This document shows, piece by piece, positions 1-12,900 of a stretch of DNA of 64,000 nt (its first letter is position 1; each line of letters opens with the position of its first letter). The notes under the pieces were generated by a model. The model worked only from the letters and a program-made list of their open reading frames with translations, was not told the DNA's origin and searched no databases. Position numbers and translations under genes: made by a program. Source of the stretch: Lingula anatina (taxonomy: Eukaryota > Animalia > Brachiopoda); the NCBI GenBank assembly GCA_051362555.1, contig CM120644.1, forward strand, positions 21,164,534 to 21,228,533. The letters run 5' to 3'.

Positions 1-1329
1 TTCACAAAACAAAAATAGGTAGTCAAAATAATCAAACTAAAAAAAACTAAGTACAAGGCCAACCTTCAACAAGGTGCTGGTCTACACACTTTTGGATAAA
101 AATTCTGAAAGAATGACAATTGTTCATATTTGTTTAAAGAAGCAAAATACTATAAAAAAAGTAATTTTGTATGATAATTCGATGAATTTTCAAAGAATTG
201 TCAAAAGAACCGCTAGCCTAAATTTAAGTAAATTTACGAAAAATGCTTATTTATTTATTAAAACTTTTCGCTTTAAATTGTAACATATTTTATTTTGAGT
301 GTATTCTTTGAGTGGTCATTATTCTAAAAAATCGGCTTTGTGACAGCTATATTATTGATTCGAATTTGTCAAGACTTCGTCGAAAATTCAGAATGTTAAA
401 GTTTCTGATGAATGTCAGTCCTACATAAACCCCTTTATGAAGATAATATAGCGAAATAAAACATTATCTTTGATTATTGTAATCTACCACGACTACAATA
501 ACAAGTGCATATTAATTTCGAGAATTCTAAAGCCAGGGTGACTTTTGACCCCCTCCCATCACTGACAATGTGGCCTGTCACATCAGACACTCGATATTTT
601 AATAAACACCAAGTTTGTTTTTATATGAGTCACAATCGCACATTCAAACTTTTAAAAGATCGTTTCAATATGTATGGGCAGCTCTGCAATACTGATGACA
701 CATCTGCCAATTTCATAATGCTGCAATTTCTGGTACGTTCTTATTCAAATTACAGCGACTTATTATCATTATTATTTTTTAAAATTATTTGTAGATGTAC
801 GTCTCTTTTTTCTCTCAAAATGAACACACAGTTTAACCTCCAAAGGTTTCCATAAATGCATTTAACGCGGTTGTGAGGTTTTCTTTCTTCTAAAAAATTA
901 GCATCACCAAAAAAGATATTAAGATTCAATTTTGAATAAACACTTGTTCAGGGTGAAATGTCAAATTGCAGATTTGCCCTCACAAATATTTTACCATCAA
1001 ATAGAAAACTGATCATCCCACGTGTAGCAAAGTACTCTTCCTGAAAACTTGGTGATAATTTGACAATAACTACAACCGATTTAGTACATCAATACAGCAA
1101 GTCACTTTTTGCATTAGCAATATTTATATCAAATGAGGACTTTAAAAAGGCGTTTTCACATTAGAGACCCGAAGTGTACCTCTCCTTAAACCAAATGCAC
1201 TAGCAAATTACCATTAAAACACCACGAGCGGGAAGAGTACTGTACAACAACATGGTAACATACATACACGTACATATGTACAATAGCAAACCAGCGACAT
1301 ACAGGGCTGACGCTTAGTATAGAAATAGA

Positions 1330-1472
1330 CGGCGTTCACAACCAGTTGATCCGTGGGCTATCTAGTCCACGCGCACCGTCCCAGAAGGGGCGAGCAATTG
1401 AATCTAGGCTTGCTTACAAGTAAGGCTTTCTATTTGATAGTCTGCAGATTAACTAGTTGTGAACGTGGCCTT
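1330..1472. mobile_element. Degenerate PIF/Harbinger-like MITE
   Basis: Left end gcgttcacaaccagttgatcc and right end gcagattaactagttgtgaacgtggcc(tta) are imperfect inverted repeats. It shares gcagattaactagt with the MITE at 2919-3098. Confidence 0.45.
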
Positions 1473-1609
1473 AGTCTTTTTTAAATCAGACGTTTCGTGA
1501 AAAAAATACTTCTTACATCCGACTTTTCATTTGATACACCTTCTGATGGAGTACAACAACACAAAGCAAACATTACACTTCATATTAAATGTTAACCCTG
1601 CAAATTTAC

Positions 1610-1861
1610 TACATGTAGCAGACGAACTCTGCCATGCGACATGTAATCTTGACATGGATGCAGCCGCTGTGGAACACGAGTCTGACGTCATTGATGGAGA
1701 ACGTATTCAGTCTTCTCGTGCACGGTTGAGTCACTGAAATTAAACAAAAACACTTTACAAAACGATCTCTACGGGTTGTTTTCATAAAGCAGTTTTAAAT
1801 ATAATGAACCCGATTTCGATAGTAATATTCAACAAATCGTTTTTCAACTTCTAATTTATAC

Positions 1862-1907
<46 letters not shown>

Positions 1908-2758
1908 TGCGGTATATTTTATGTAATCATGGACGTTAAAACAATACCATTTCTATTATTTTACATCATGTTCACACTGTAACCCGACAATATTCTGTGT
2001 CTTTAGAATTACATTTCAGTGAGGCTAGAAAAAGATACTGGTGCTCGGATTACGTATAAGTTTCAAGTGAAAAATATTAAAATAAACTATTTCAAGGAGG
2101 TATTAAAATAAAAATTTACGAGATCTTTGAGAGAAGAACAACATAATCACGACATGCACACATTGGCGGGTAGGGGTTTGCCGGTAGTGGATTTTGAATA
2201 TTTCAAAATCAAATCGGGATCTACAAATGTATTTACCTGCTAAAAATGTCTCACATTGTTGAAGACGGAAGACGCGTTCACAGCTGGAGCAAACCTCTCA
2301 CCACCTGTTTACTGGCAAATGTATTCCATCTGAAAAGAAGAACAGAAAATAAACTATTTAAGCGTCAAGTTTAATTTGGACTTTGGAAGGAATATATTGG
2401 TGACGTCAAGACAAAATGTCCCCATGCACCATTTTTTGACAGATATCATTAACGCCAAATAACAAATGTTATTTTCAATCATCTATACAGTACTTACAAC
2501 AGTTCGATGCCAATTTCAGTCCCAGATTTTCGACCAAGTCGTGGAAACTATAGGAATGTAACACAAGGCTGCTTTCTTGTCCATCTTCTACTGACCTTGG
2601 TCCTTTCTGAACGCCTCTCACCAAAATGCTCATCTGGATTACATAATAATGTACAGTTCACCACCTTCCGTACAGAAGCCTCGATTTCAACTTTTGCCTT
2701 GGTTGTATTGACATAGTGCAATAATGCCCCTCCATCCCTGGGAGGTGACTCAAGTTTG
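1610..2758 (-). pseudogene. Decayed minus-strand exons (pseudogene or lncRNA), first exon weakly sushi/CCP-like
   Basis: Three polypyrimidine-cag acceptors (~2759, ~2330, ~1734) and gtaagt/gtaaat donors (~2496, ~2236). The first exon reads NCTLLCNP...WTRKQPC, but stops occur in all frames. Confidence 0.3.
1864..1906. repeat. (TA)n microsatellite
   Basis: Direct reading. Confidence 0.95.
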
Positions 2759-2918
2759 CTGAAATCATAAAGGCAAAAATAGTTTAAAATTATCTGATTT
2801 TTCCCCACAACATTTGTGATATGAAATGTTCAATATACACGAGTGCCCCCTGTACTCTCCGTGTCTTTGTGTTAAACACATGGGGTAGGGAAATTACCCC
2901 CACCCCCAGCACAGTGTG

Positions 2919-3098
2919 TAAGGCTGCATTCAGACCAGCAGATTAACTAGTCCACGGGCCAAATATGACGACCGACTAAAAAGCTAGCCGTCTAAACAAC
3001 TATTAGACACTGAATAGAGTCCCCGTGGGGAAGTATTCAAGTGGCTCGGCCATATTCGACTCGTGGACTAGTTAGTCCGCTGTTCTGAATGCTGCTTA
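2919..3098. mobile_element. PIF/Harbinger (Tourist-like) MITE
   Basis: ~37-bp imperfect TIRs (taaggctgcattcagaccagcagattaactagtccacg / cgtggactagttagtccgctgttctgaatgctgctta) bounded by TAA/TTA. Confidence 0.7.
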
Positions 3099-3977
3099 AG
3101 TATCACAGAAGAAGGCATTCACTAGTGAGGTGCAATGTCATGATTTACATAAATTTTAGCCGAAGAGATCCGAGTAAAACAGACATAGAAATAGAACGCC
3201 ATTTCTGTCATATACGCAATACACTGCCCTGTTGCAAATAAAATTTTGTGAGTTTTCTAAGTCACAAGACACCCATCCTGTCTATTTCACCATGGCTGGT
3301 TACTCAGGGCAACAACAAAATAATTTTTTAGCATGATTTAGCAGTTATAATTTGGGCAACAGATGTGTTGGCCAGTGATATGATGCCCAAAAGTTACCAC
3401 ACAATTCCTTCCAAGACGAAAAGAAATAACCAAAATTACACGATTGCCCATAATTGGGAAACCTTGACCTATGCAGTAATTGGCATGACCTAACGAAAAT
3501 ATCAAAAACGAAAAGAAAAGAAACTAGGAAATAAATAAAAATGAGCAAAAATGACCAAACACTGATACAATATTGTACTTGTGTCTGAAATTAATGCTAG
3601 TAAGTGAAATTGCAGTGGAAATTTGGTAGAGCTGGTGAATTATTTAGATAAAAGAGAAAAGTCAGCAAAGAATAAATTAAAAAACATGAAAAATAATGAA
3701 AAAAATGTTGCAGACATTCTGATGTAGTTTGATTATTTGGTAAATGGGAAGACGTGTAGCAACTGACAATTTTGGGATCATTTAAAGGTACTGCAGGCGA
3801 ATCTAAAAAAATTATATAAAAAAGTCTCCTCACATCAAGCATTAGAAAAAATGATGAAATAATAATAATGTTTTCAAGTTTTTAATACATTTGAAGTTAA
3901 CCGATTGGAACAGACACGTAGCAGAAACTTAAAGAAAAAGCATACACAGTTACCGGTAATCATCAAAATTAATATTT

Positions 3978-5800
3978 AACTAGAGGATCAGAGAGGCGAT
4001 ACCGCCTCCGGATATTGTACCACCAGCTGGAGTAAGTGCATTCGAATGGAACCCCCCCCCCAAAAAAAAAGGAACACCACAACCAGTCTTGTCCTTGACA
4101 AGCTCTATGCAATAAACAAGAATTCTCAAAGTATGAAAAAAAATCGAAAAAATATAACATACATGGCCTGTATTTTCCTAACATTGATCACTCCTGTGAT
4201 TTTCTGGACGATAGGCCCATTGGTTTTCCTTGAAATGAGTTATCAGTGTTGCATATATGCTGACAAAAGAGGGGCAACTCTGGGCATATCTCTGCTAGTT
4301 TTGAAGATGTGAGGGGCAAGAAAATATGCAAAGTTCAGTTCATGATGAAAAAGTAGGTCAATTTCAAGGTCACAGTATATGACTTTCTATTCAAGTTCAA
4401 TAGTAACTATGGGCATTTCCTTGCCAATTTTGGAAATGTAAAGGCCAGAAAACATGCAAAGTACAGTTCATCATAAAAAGTAGGTCAAAGGTCAATTTCA
4501 ATGGCACAGTTAGATTGCCAGTATATGACTTCCTATTTAGGTTCAATAGTAACTATGGGCTTATCTCTGCCAGTTTTCAAGATATAAGGGAGAGAAATTT
4601 TTCAAAGTTCAGTTCATGGTGAAAAGTAGGTCAAAGGTCAATTTCAAGGTCACAGTTAGATTGCCAGTATATGACTTCCCACTCAAGCTCAACAGTAACT
4701 ATGGATGTATCTCTGCCAGTTTTAGAGATATAAGGGCTGGAAAATTTGCAAAGTTCAGTTCATGGTGAAACTTAGGTCAAATGTCAATTTCAGGATCACA
4801 GTTAGATTGCCATTATATGACTTCCTATTCAAGTTCAATGGTAACTATGGGCGTATCTTTGCCAGTTTTGGAGATATAAAGATCAGAAAACTTGCAAAGT
4901 GCAGTTCATCATGAAAAGTAGGTCAAAGGTCAATTTCAAGGTCACAGTTAGATTACCAGTATATGACTTCCTATTCAAGTTCAAAAGTAACTATGGGCAT
5001 ATCTCTGCTAATTTTTGAGTATTTCACATTTTATTTTCACCACTGAATTTAGGATGTTGAACTTTTTGATATAGTGCAGTGCCTAAGCAGTATTGAAAAC
5101 AAAAAAATAGACACCACCTCCAGTGTTGCCCTTGACAAGTTCTACAAAATGCATAAAACAAGAGGTCTCTAGCATTAATGGTACCAGAATTAGAGAGAGT
5201 TTTCAGTTTCGGCATCTAATGGCTGCTGCTACCATGAAAATGCAATGATTGACCCAAAACTCACGAAAATGAAAGATGACCCTAAGGGTAACACCTGCCC
5301 GTAATATTATAGGTAGGATCTGTTTAGTTTCTGAAAATCGGCTGAAATAAAAATTTTCTAGCAAAAAATTCCTATTTTTTAGAAAATTTTGGCCTGTTTG
5401 ACCTTGAAATAAAGGTCAAAGGTCGAATCCAAGGGCATATTTGAAATCCTCACATATGACTTTCGTCAGCCATCTGTAGAAATTTTTCCCATAATTCCAT
5501 CGGTTTGGGAGATATTTAGCATTGAATTTTCAAAAATTTTGACAAGGGTGCGTTTCAACGAGCGTCACGCCCAGGTCAATGCACCAACTGAGACAAAAAA
5601 ACCTGTGTGTTCAAGTTGAGATTATATGTGACCTAAATCCAAGAGATAGGGACACAGGTCCTTGTGGTTTAGGAGGAGAAGCGGTAACGGTGACTTGTAT
5701 CCCACGTCATCCTGCGGAGCCGCAGGAGCCGGCGGAGCTGTACGAGACGGGTCGGGACTAAAACCATGAGTACCGCCAGCGTACACGCTGGTGGTACTGA
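3978..5800. mobile_element. Non-autonomous Helentron-type element (HINE/DINE-1-like) with central tandem repeats
   Basis: Starts aactag with a hairpin gaggcg-atac-cgcctc (3993-4008) and ends with hairpin agtaccgccagcgt-ac-acgctggtggtact (5769-5798). It has an internal 146-bp tandem repeat, no clear TSD, and is absent at the paralogous site ~60173. Confidence 0.7.
4270..5025. repeat. ~146-bp tandem repeat, ~5 copies, inside the Helentron-type element
   Basis: tatgactt motif recurs at ~4378, 4524, 4670, 4816 and 4962. Confidence 0.9.
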
Positions 5801-6489
5801 TAATACAGATTATCTTTCAGCAAAGCATTTCATAAAAGAAAGCATAATCCATTAACTTGGAGGTAATTGGAATTTATAAATTTGTATATTTTTTATTTGG
5901 AAAATGCACTTATTGATATTATTCCCTTTTTTCATAAAATATATAAAAGTTTCAAAATTAATATTATCGAAGTTTTTTTTTTTCTAAAAAGTTAAGTGAA
6001 AGGAAAAAAATTAAAGGAAAAAAGAGTAACAATGGAACATACACGTTTTCCCCAAAAAAACATCCTTTATTACAGTAAAATAATGAAGAACATACATAAT
6101 ATTGGCATGTACGTACTAAAAAACAAGAAATACTCTTTCACTAGTACCTAAAAATGAAAATGAATATATCTTCATTTCTATAGAATAATGCACTAAACGA
6201 ATTAACAGAATCTCAAGTACGGTATAACGGTATCTACAGTCCTCTAGTCAAACAAAAGTTTTTTAAACATACATCAATAGAAATATTTTAAGTATGCGAT
6301 TTGTTCCATTATGAGATTCTGAACACAGTGAAGGATTGAATCTGACAAACTGCACTGATATAATTTTATTTCCACTTTTGACTATTTATTACACAATACA
6401 CGATAACAGATTTACCATAATTTTTATAAAATCAACTCACAAAATTGTTAAGATGGAGAAAATGTGAGACTTTTTACATGTCTAAGAAT

Positions 6490-6800
6490 TCAATCTGATG
6501 AAAAACCACTTATATACAAAAATGGCATTTCTTCATCGAAATTAAACTGATTAAGATCATTTTCAAATTTATCCTGTACATATGAATCAGCCCTGCAAGT
6601 TTTAAAACAAAATATGACAATAAGAATGATGTGATTTTTTTCTTCAGTCAACAGTTAATATTGATATAGTTTTTACCTCCACTATTTCGATGTCTATCAG
6701 GACATCTTCATCAGGGAATGAGGCTATCCAGGTGAATAGCTTCTATTCAGGAGATATACCCCCCCCGAAAGTGTATGGGTATGACAGATGCAGGTGACAG
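6490..6800 (-). pseudogene. Decayed 3' exons of a minus-strand gene (…PDEDVLIDIEIVE / ADSYVQDKFENDLNQFNFDEEMPFLYISGFSSD*)
   Basis: Donor gag|gtaaaa at ~6676 and acceptor cttgcag at ~6593. The translation looks protein-like, but the phases do not join cleanly. Confidence 0.3.
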
Positions 6801-6937
6801 CAATATATACAGACACATCTGTGTCTGTATATAAAAATCATATATATAAGTGAATGTTGCAAATTTTCTTCTAGCATTATTAAAGCTTTTATAAAATATT
6901 AATAAAAGTCCCATCTGAAGACGTCTATATCAATGTC

Positions 6938-9900
6938 ACTGAAAATAGTTAAACATTAATAATTATAAAAAAATTTGTCCAATGTTTCTAAAATCTGTAC
7001 AAATGATTTTTAACAACAATAAAAATCTGGGATAAGCTGAACAGTTGTCTGTGTCTTTTTGTAATGGTAAAGTTAATGGGAAATTAATCATCAGAAGAGT
7101 GACAATTAACCGAAACAAATATTTCAATATCGCAATGTATTATTTACTCTGAAAGAAAACAGCAAATGTGATGATTTGAGGTTGTTTGTGTAGGAAGTTG
7201 CAAGTTACCTAAACTGTCATCTGGAATGCAATATATACCCATAAATGACTTCTCCTTACTACCAATGCCAGATGCAGATTACTCCTTACAATGGGATTCT
7301 GGAAGGGGTGGTTGTTATCACAATATCTGACAATGTCCTAAATCCTGCCAAATATCGTGTACTGTACACATGGATAAGATATAGTGCTGCTCTTGGTGCC
7401 GTCTTTCACTGCCTGCTTTTTCATGGTAAGGGTACTCTGGAAAAAGAACAAAATAACTGAAAGAACTGAAAATTACATTGAAAAGACTGGCAAATTCAAT
7501 GACTTAAAATAGTTAAACGATAATAATTTTGTCAAATCTGGTCTAATATTTCTGAAATTTGTACAAAAGATGCTTAACAACAATAAAAATATGTGATAAT
7601 ATGATCAGTTGACTGTATCTAATGAAAAGTGTTTTTTAAGACAATATATTTGGGAAAACTAAAAATTACATTGAAAAGACTGGGAAATTGTTGGACTTAA
7701 AATAGTTAAACACTAATAATTTTGTCAAAAATGGTCCAATATTTCTGAAATTCATACAAATGATGCTTAACAACAATAAAAATCTGTGATAAGCTGATCA
7801 GTTGACTGTATTTAACGAAAAGTGTTTTTTAGGACAATATATTTTGGACAACTAAAAAATTAAATTGAAAAGACTGGCAAATTGCAGGACTTAAAATAGT
7901 TAAACGCTAATAATTTTGTCAAATCTGGACCAATATTTGTGAAATTTGTACAGATGATGCTTAACAACAATAAAAATCTGTGATAAGCTGATCAGTTGAC
8001 TGAGACTAATGAAAAGTATTGTCTTCGGATGATATATGTGAGAAAACTGAAAGTTACACTGAAAATTAACACTGCAAAATTCAATGACTTAAAATAGTTA
8101 AATGTTAATAATTTTGTCAAATCTGGTCTAATATTTCTGAAATTTGTACAAAAGATGCTTAACAACAATAAAAATATGTGATAATCTGATCAGTTGACTG
8201 TATCTAATGAAAAGTGTTTTTTAATACAATATATTTGGGAAAACTAAAAATTACATTGAAAAGACTGGGAAATCGTTGGACTTAAAATAGTTAAACACTA
8301 ATAATTTTGTCAAAAATGGTCCAATATTTCTGAAATTCATACAAATGATGCTTAACAACAATAAAAATCTGTGATAAGCTGATCAGTTGACTGTATTTAA
8401 TGAAAAGTGTTTTTGAGGACAATATATTTCGGACAACTAAAAAATTATATTGAAAAGACTGGCAAATTGCAGGACTTAAAATAGTTAAACGCTAATAATT
8501 TTGTCAAATCTGGACCAATATTTGTGAAATTTGTACAGATGATGCTTAACAACAATAAAAATCTGTGATACGCTGATCAGTTGACTGTGACTAATGAAAA
8601 GTATTGTCTTCGGATGATATATGTGAGAAAACTGAAAGTTACACTGAAAATAATTAACACTGCAAAATTCAATGACTGAAAATAGTTAAACGATAATAAT
8701 TTTGTCAAATCTGGTCTAATATTTCTGAAATTTGTACAAAAGATGCTTAACAACAATAAAAATATGTGATAATATGATCAGTTGACTGTATCTAATGAAA
8801 AGTGTTTTTTAATACAATATATTTGGGAAAACTAAAAATTACATTGAAAAGACTGGGAAATCGTTGGACTTAAAATAGTTAAACACTAATAATTTTGTCA
8901 AAAATGGTCCAATATTTCTGAAATTCATACAAATGATGCTTAACAACAATAAAAATCTGTGATAAGCTGATCAGTTGACTGTATTTAATGAAAAGTGTTT
9001 TTTAGGACAATATATTTCGGACAACTAAAAAATTATATTGAAAAGACTGGCAAATTGCAGGACTTAAAATAGTTAAACGCTAATAATTTTGTCAAATCTG
9101 GACCAATATTTGTGAAATTTGTACAGATGATGCTTAACAACAATAAAAATCTGTGATAAGCTGATCAGTTGACTGAGACTAATGAAAAGTATTGTCTTCG
9201 GATGATATATGTGAGAAAACTGAAAGTTACACTGAAAATTAACACTGCAAAATTCAATGACTTAAAATAGTTAAATGTTAATAATTTTGTCAAATCTGGT
9301 CTAATATTTCTGAAATTTGTACAAAAGATGCTTAACAACAATAAAAATATGTGATAATCTGATCAGTTGACTGAGACTAATGAAAAGTGTTTTTTAATAC
9401 AATATATTTGGGAAAACTAAAAATTACATTGAAAAGACTGGGAAATCGTTGGACTTAAAATAGTTAAACACTAATAATTTTGTCAAAAATGGTCCAATAT
9501 TTCTGAAATTCATACAAATGATGCTTAACATAAATAAAAATCTGTGATAAGCTGATCAGTTGACTGTATTTAATGAAAAGTGTTTTTGAGGACAATATAT
9601 TTAGGACAACTAAAAAATTATATTGAAAAGACTGGCAAATTGCAGGACTTAAAATAGTTAAACGCTAATTATTTTGTCAAATCTGGACCAATATTTGTGA
9701 AATTTGTACAGATGATGCTTAACAACAATAAAAATCTGTGATACGCTGATCAGTTGACTGTGACTAATGAAAAGTATTGTCTTCGGATGATATATGTGAG
9801 AAAACTGAAAGTTACACTGAAAATAATTAACACTGCAAAATTCCATGACTGAAAATAGTTAAACATTAATAATTTTAGAAAATTTTGTCCAATGTTTCTG

Positions 9901-12900
9901 AAATCTGTACAAATGGTTTTTAACAACAATAAAAATCTGGGATAAGCTGAACAGTTGTCTGTGTCTTTTTGTAATGGTAAAGTTAATGGGAAATTAATCA
10001 TCAGAAGAGTGACAATTAACCGAAACAAATATTTCAATATCGCAATGTATTATTTACTCTGAAAGAAAACAGCAAATGTGATGATTTGAGGTTGTTTGTG
10101 TAGGAAGTTGCAAGTTACCTAAACTGTCATCTGGAATGCAATATATACCCATAAATGACTTCTCCTTACTACCAATGCCAGATGCAGATTACTCCTTACA
10201 ATGGGATTCTGGAAGGGGTGGTTGTTATCACAATATCTGACAATGTCCTAAATCCTGCCAAATATCGTGTACTGTACACATGGATGAGATATAGTGCTGC
10301 TCTTGGTGCCGTCTTTCACTGCCTGCTTTTTCATGGTAAGGGTACTCTGGAAAAAGAACAATATAACTGAAAGAACTGAAAATTACATTGAAAAGACTGG
10401 CAAATTCAATGACTTAAAATAGTTAAACGATAATAATTTTGTCAAATCTGGTCTAATATTTCTGAAATTTGTACAAAAGATGCTTAACAACAATAAAAAT
10501 ATGTGATAATATGATCAGTTGACTGTATCTAATGAAAAGTGTTTTTTAAGACAATATATTTGGGAAAACTAAAAATTACATTGAAAAGACTGGGAAATTG
10601 TTGGACTTAAAATAGTTAAACACTAATAATTTTGTCAAAAATGGTCCAATATTTCTGAAATTCATACAAATGATGCTTAACAACAATAAAAATCTGTGAT
10701 AAGCTGATCAGTTGACTGTATTTAACGAAAAGTGTTTTTTAGGACAATATATTTTGGACAACTAAAAAATTAAATTGAAAAGACTGGCAAATTGCAGGAC
10801 TTAAAATAGTTAAACGCTAATAATTTTGTCAAATCTGGACCAATATTTGTGAAATTTGTACAGATGATGCTTAACAACAATAAAAATCTGTGATAAGCTG
10901 ATCAGTTGACTGAGACTAATGAAAAGTATTGTCTTCGGATGATATATGTGAGAAAACTGAAAGTTACACTGAAAATTAACACTGCAAAATTCAATGACTT
11001 AAAATAGTTAAATGTTAATAATTTTGTCAAATCTGGTCTAATATTTCTGAAATTTGTACAAAAGATGCTTAACAACAATAAAAATATGTGATAATCTGAT
11101 CAGTTGACTGTATCTAATGAAAAGTGTTTTTTAATACAATATATTTGGGAAAACTAAAAATTACATTGAAAAGACTGGGAAATCGTTGGACTTAAAATAG
11201 TTAAACACTAATAATTTTGTCAAAAATGGTCCAATATTTCTGAAATTCATACAAATGATGCTTAACAACAATAAAAATCTGTGATAAGCTGATCAGTTGA
11301 CTGTATTTAATGAAAAGTGTTTTTGAGGACAATATATTTCGGACAACTAAAAAATTATATTGAAAAGACTGGCAAATTGCAGGACTTAAAATAGTTAAAC
11401 GCTAATAATTTTGTCAAATCTGGACCAATATTTGTGAAATTTGTACAGATGATGCTTAACAACAATAAAAATCTGTGATACGCTGATCAGTTGACTGTGA
11501 CTAATGAAAAGTATTGTCTTCGGATGATATATGTGAGAAAACTGAAAGTTACACTGAAAATAATTAACACTGCAAAATTCAATGACTGAAAATAGTTAAA
11601 CGATAATAATTTTGTCAAATCTGGTCTAATATTTCTGAAATTTGTACAAAAGATGCTTAACAACAATAAAAATATGTGATAATATGATCAGTTGACTGTA
11701 TCTAATGAAAAGTGTTTTTTAATACAATATATTTGGGAAAACTAAAAATTACATTGAAAAGACTGGGAAATCGTTGGACTTAAAATAGTTAAACACTAAT
11801 AATTTTGTCAAAAATGGTCCAATATTTCTGAAATTCATACAAATGATGCTTAACAACAATAAAAATCTGTGATAAGCTGATCAGTTGACTGTATTTAATG
11901 AAAAGTGTTTTTTAGGACAATATATTTCGGACAACTAAAAAATTATATTGAAAAGACTGGCAAATTGCAGGACTTAAAATAGTTAAACGCTAATAATTTT
12001 GTCAAATCTGGACCAATATTTGTGAAATTTGTACAGATGATGCTTAACAACAATAAAAATCTGTGATAAGCTGATCAGTTGACTGAGACTAATGAAAAGT
12101 ATTGTCTTCGGATGATATATGTGAGAAAACTGAAAGTTACACTGAAAATTAACACTGCAAAATTCAATGACTTAAAATAGTTAAATGTTAATAATTTTGT
12201 CAAATCTGGTCTAATATTTCTGAAATTTGTACAAAAGATGCTTAACAACAATAAAAATATGTGATAATCTGATCAGTTGACTGAGACTAATGAAAAGTGT
12301 TTTTTAATACAATATATTTGGGAAAACTAAAAATTACATTGAAAAGACTGGGAAATCGTTGGACTTAAAATAGTTAAACACTAATAATTTTGTCAAAAAT
12401 GGTCCAATATTTCTGAAATTCATACAAATGATGCTTAACATAAATAAAAATCTGTGATAAGCTGATCAGTTGACTGTATTTAATGAAAAGTGTTTTTGAG
12501 GACAATATATTTAGGACAACTAAAAAATTATATTGAAAAGACTGGCAAATTGCAGGACTTAAAATAGTTAAACGCTAATTATTTTGTCAAATCTGGACCA
12601 ATATTTGTGAAATTTGTACAGATGATGCTTAACAACAATAAAAATCTGTGATACGCTGATCAGTTGACTGTGACTAATGAAAAGTATTGTCTTCGGATGA
12701 TATATGTGAGAAAACTGAAAGTTACACTGAAAATAATTAACACTGCAAAATTCCATGACTGAAAATAGTTAAACATTAATAATTTTAGAAAATTTTGTCC
12801 AATGTTTCTGAAATCTGTACAAATGGTTTTTAACAACAATAAAAATCTGGGATAAGCTGAACAGTTGTCTGTGTCTTTTTGTAATGGTAAAGTTAATGGG

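Larger units (their letters stand above)
3461..6290 (+). repeat. Dispersed duplicated segment, copy 1 (interrupted by the 3978-5800 element); paralogous to 59775-60610
   Basis: Shared blocks such as ccttgacctatgcagt, ctaggaaataaataaaaatgagcaaaaatgaccaaacactgatacaat, cataaaagaaagcataatccattaacttggaggtaat and aagaaatactctttcactagta. Confidence 0.85.

Noticed and set aside
7166-7225. Box C (gtgatga) snoRNA or let-7-like tgaggttg sequence in the cassette
   Set aside because: No properly placed CTGA box D or terminal stem; the let-7 seed is mismatched and there is no hairpin.
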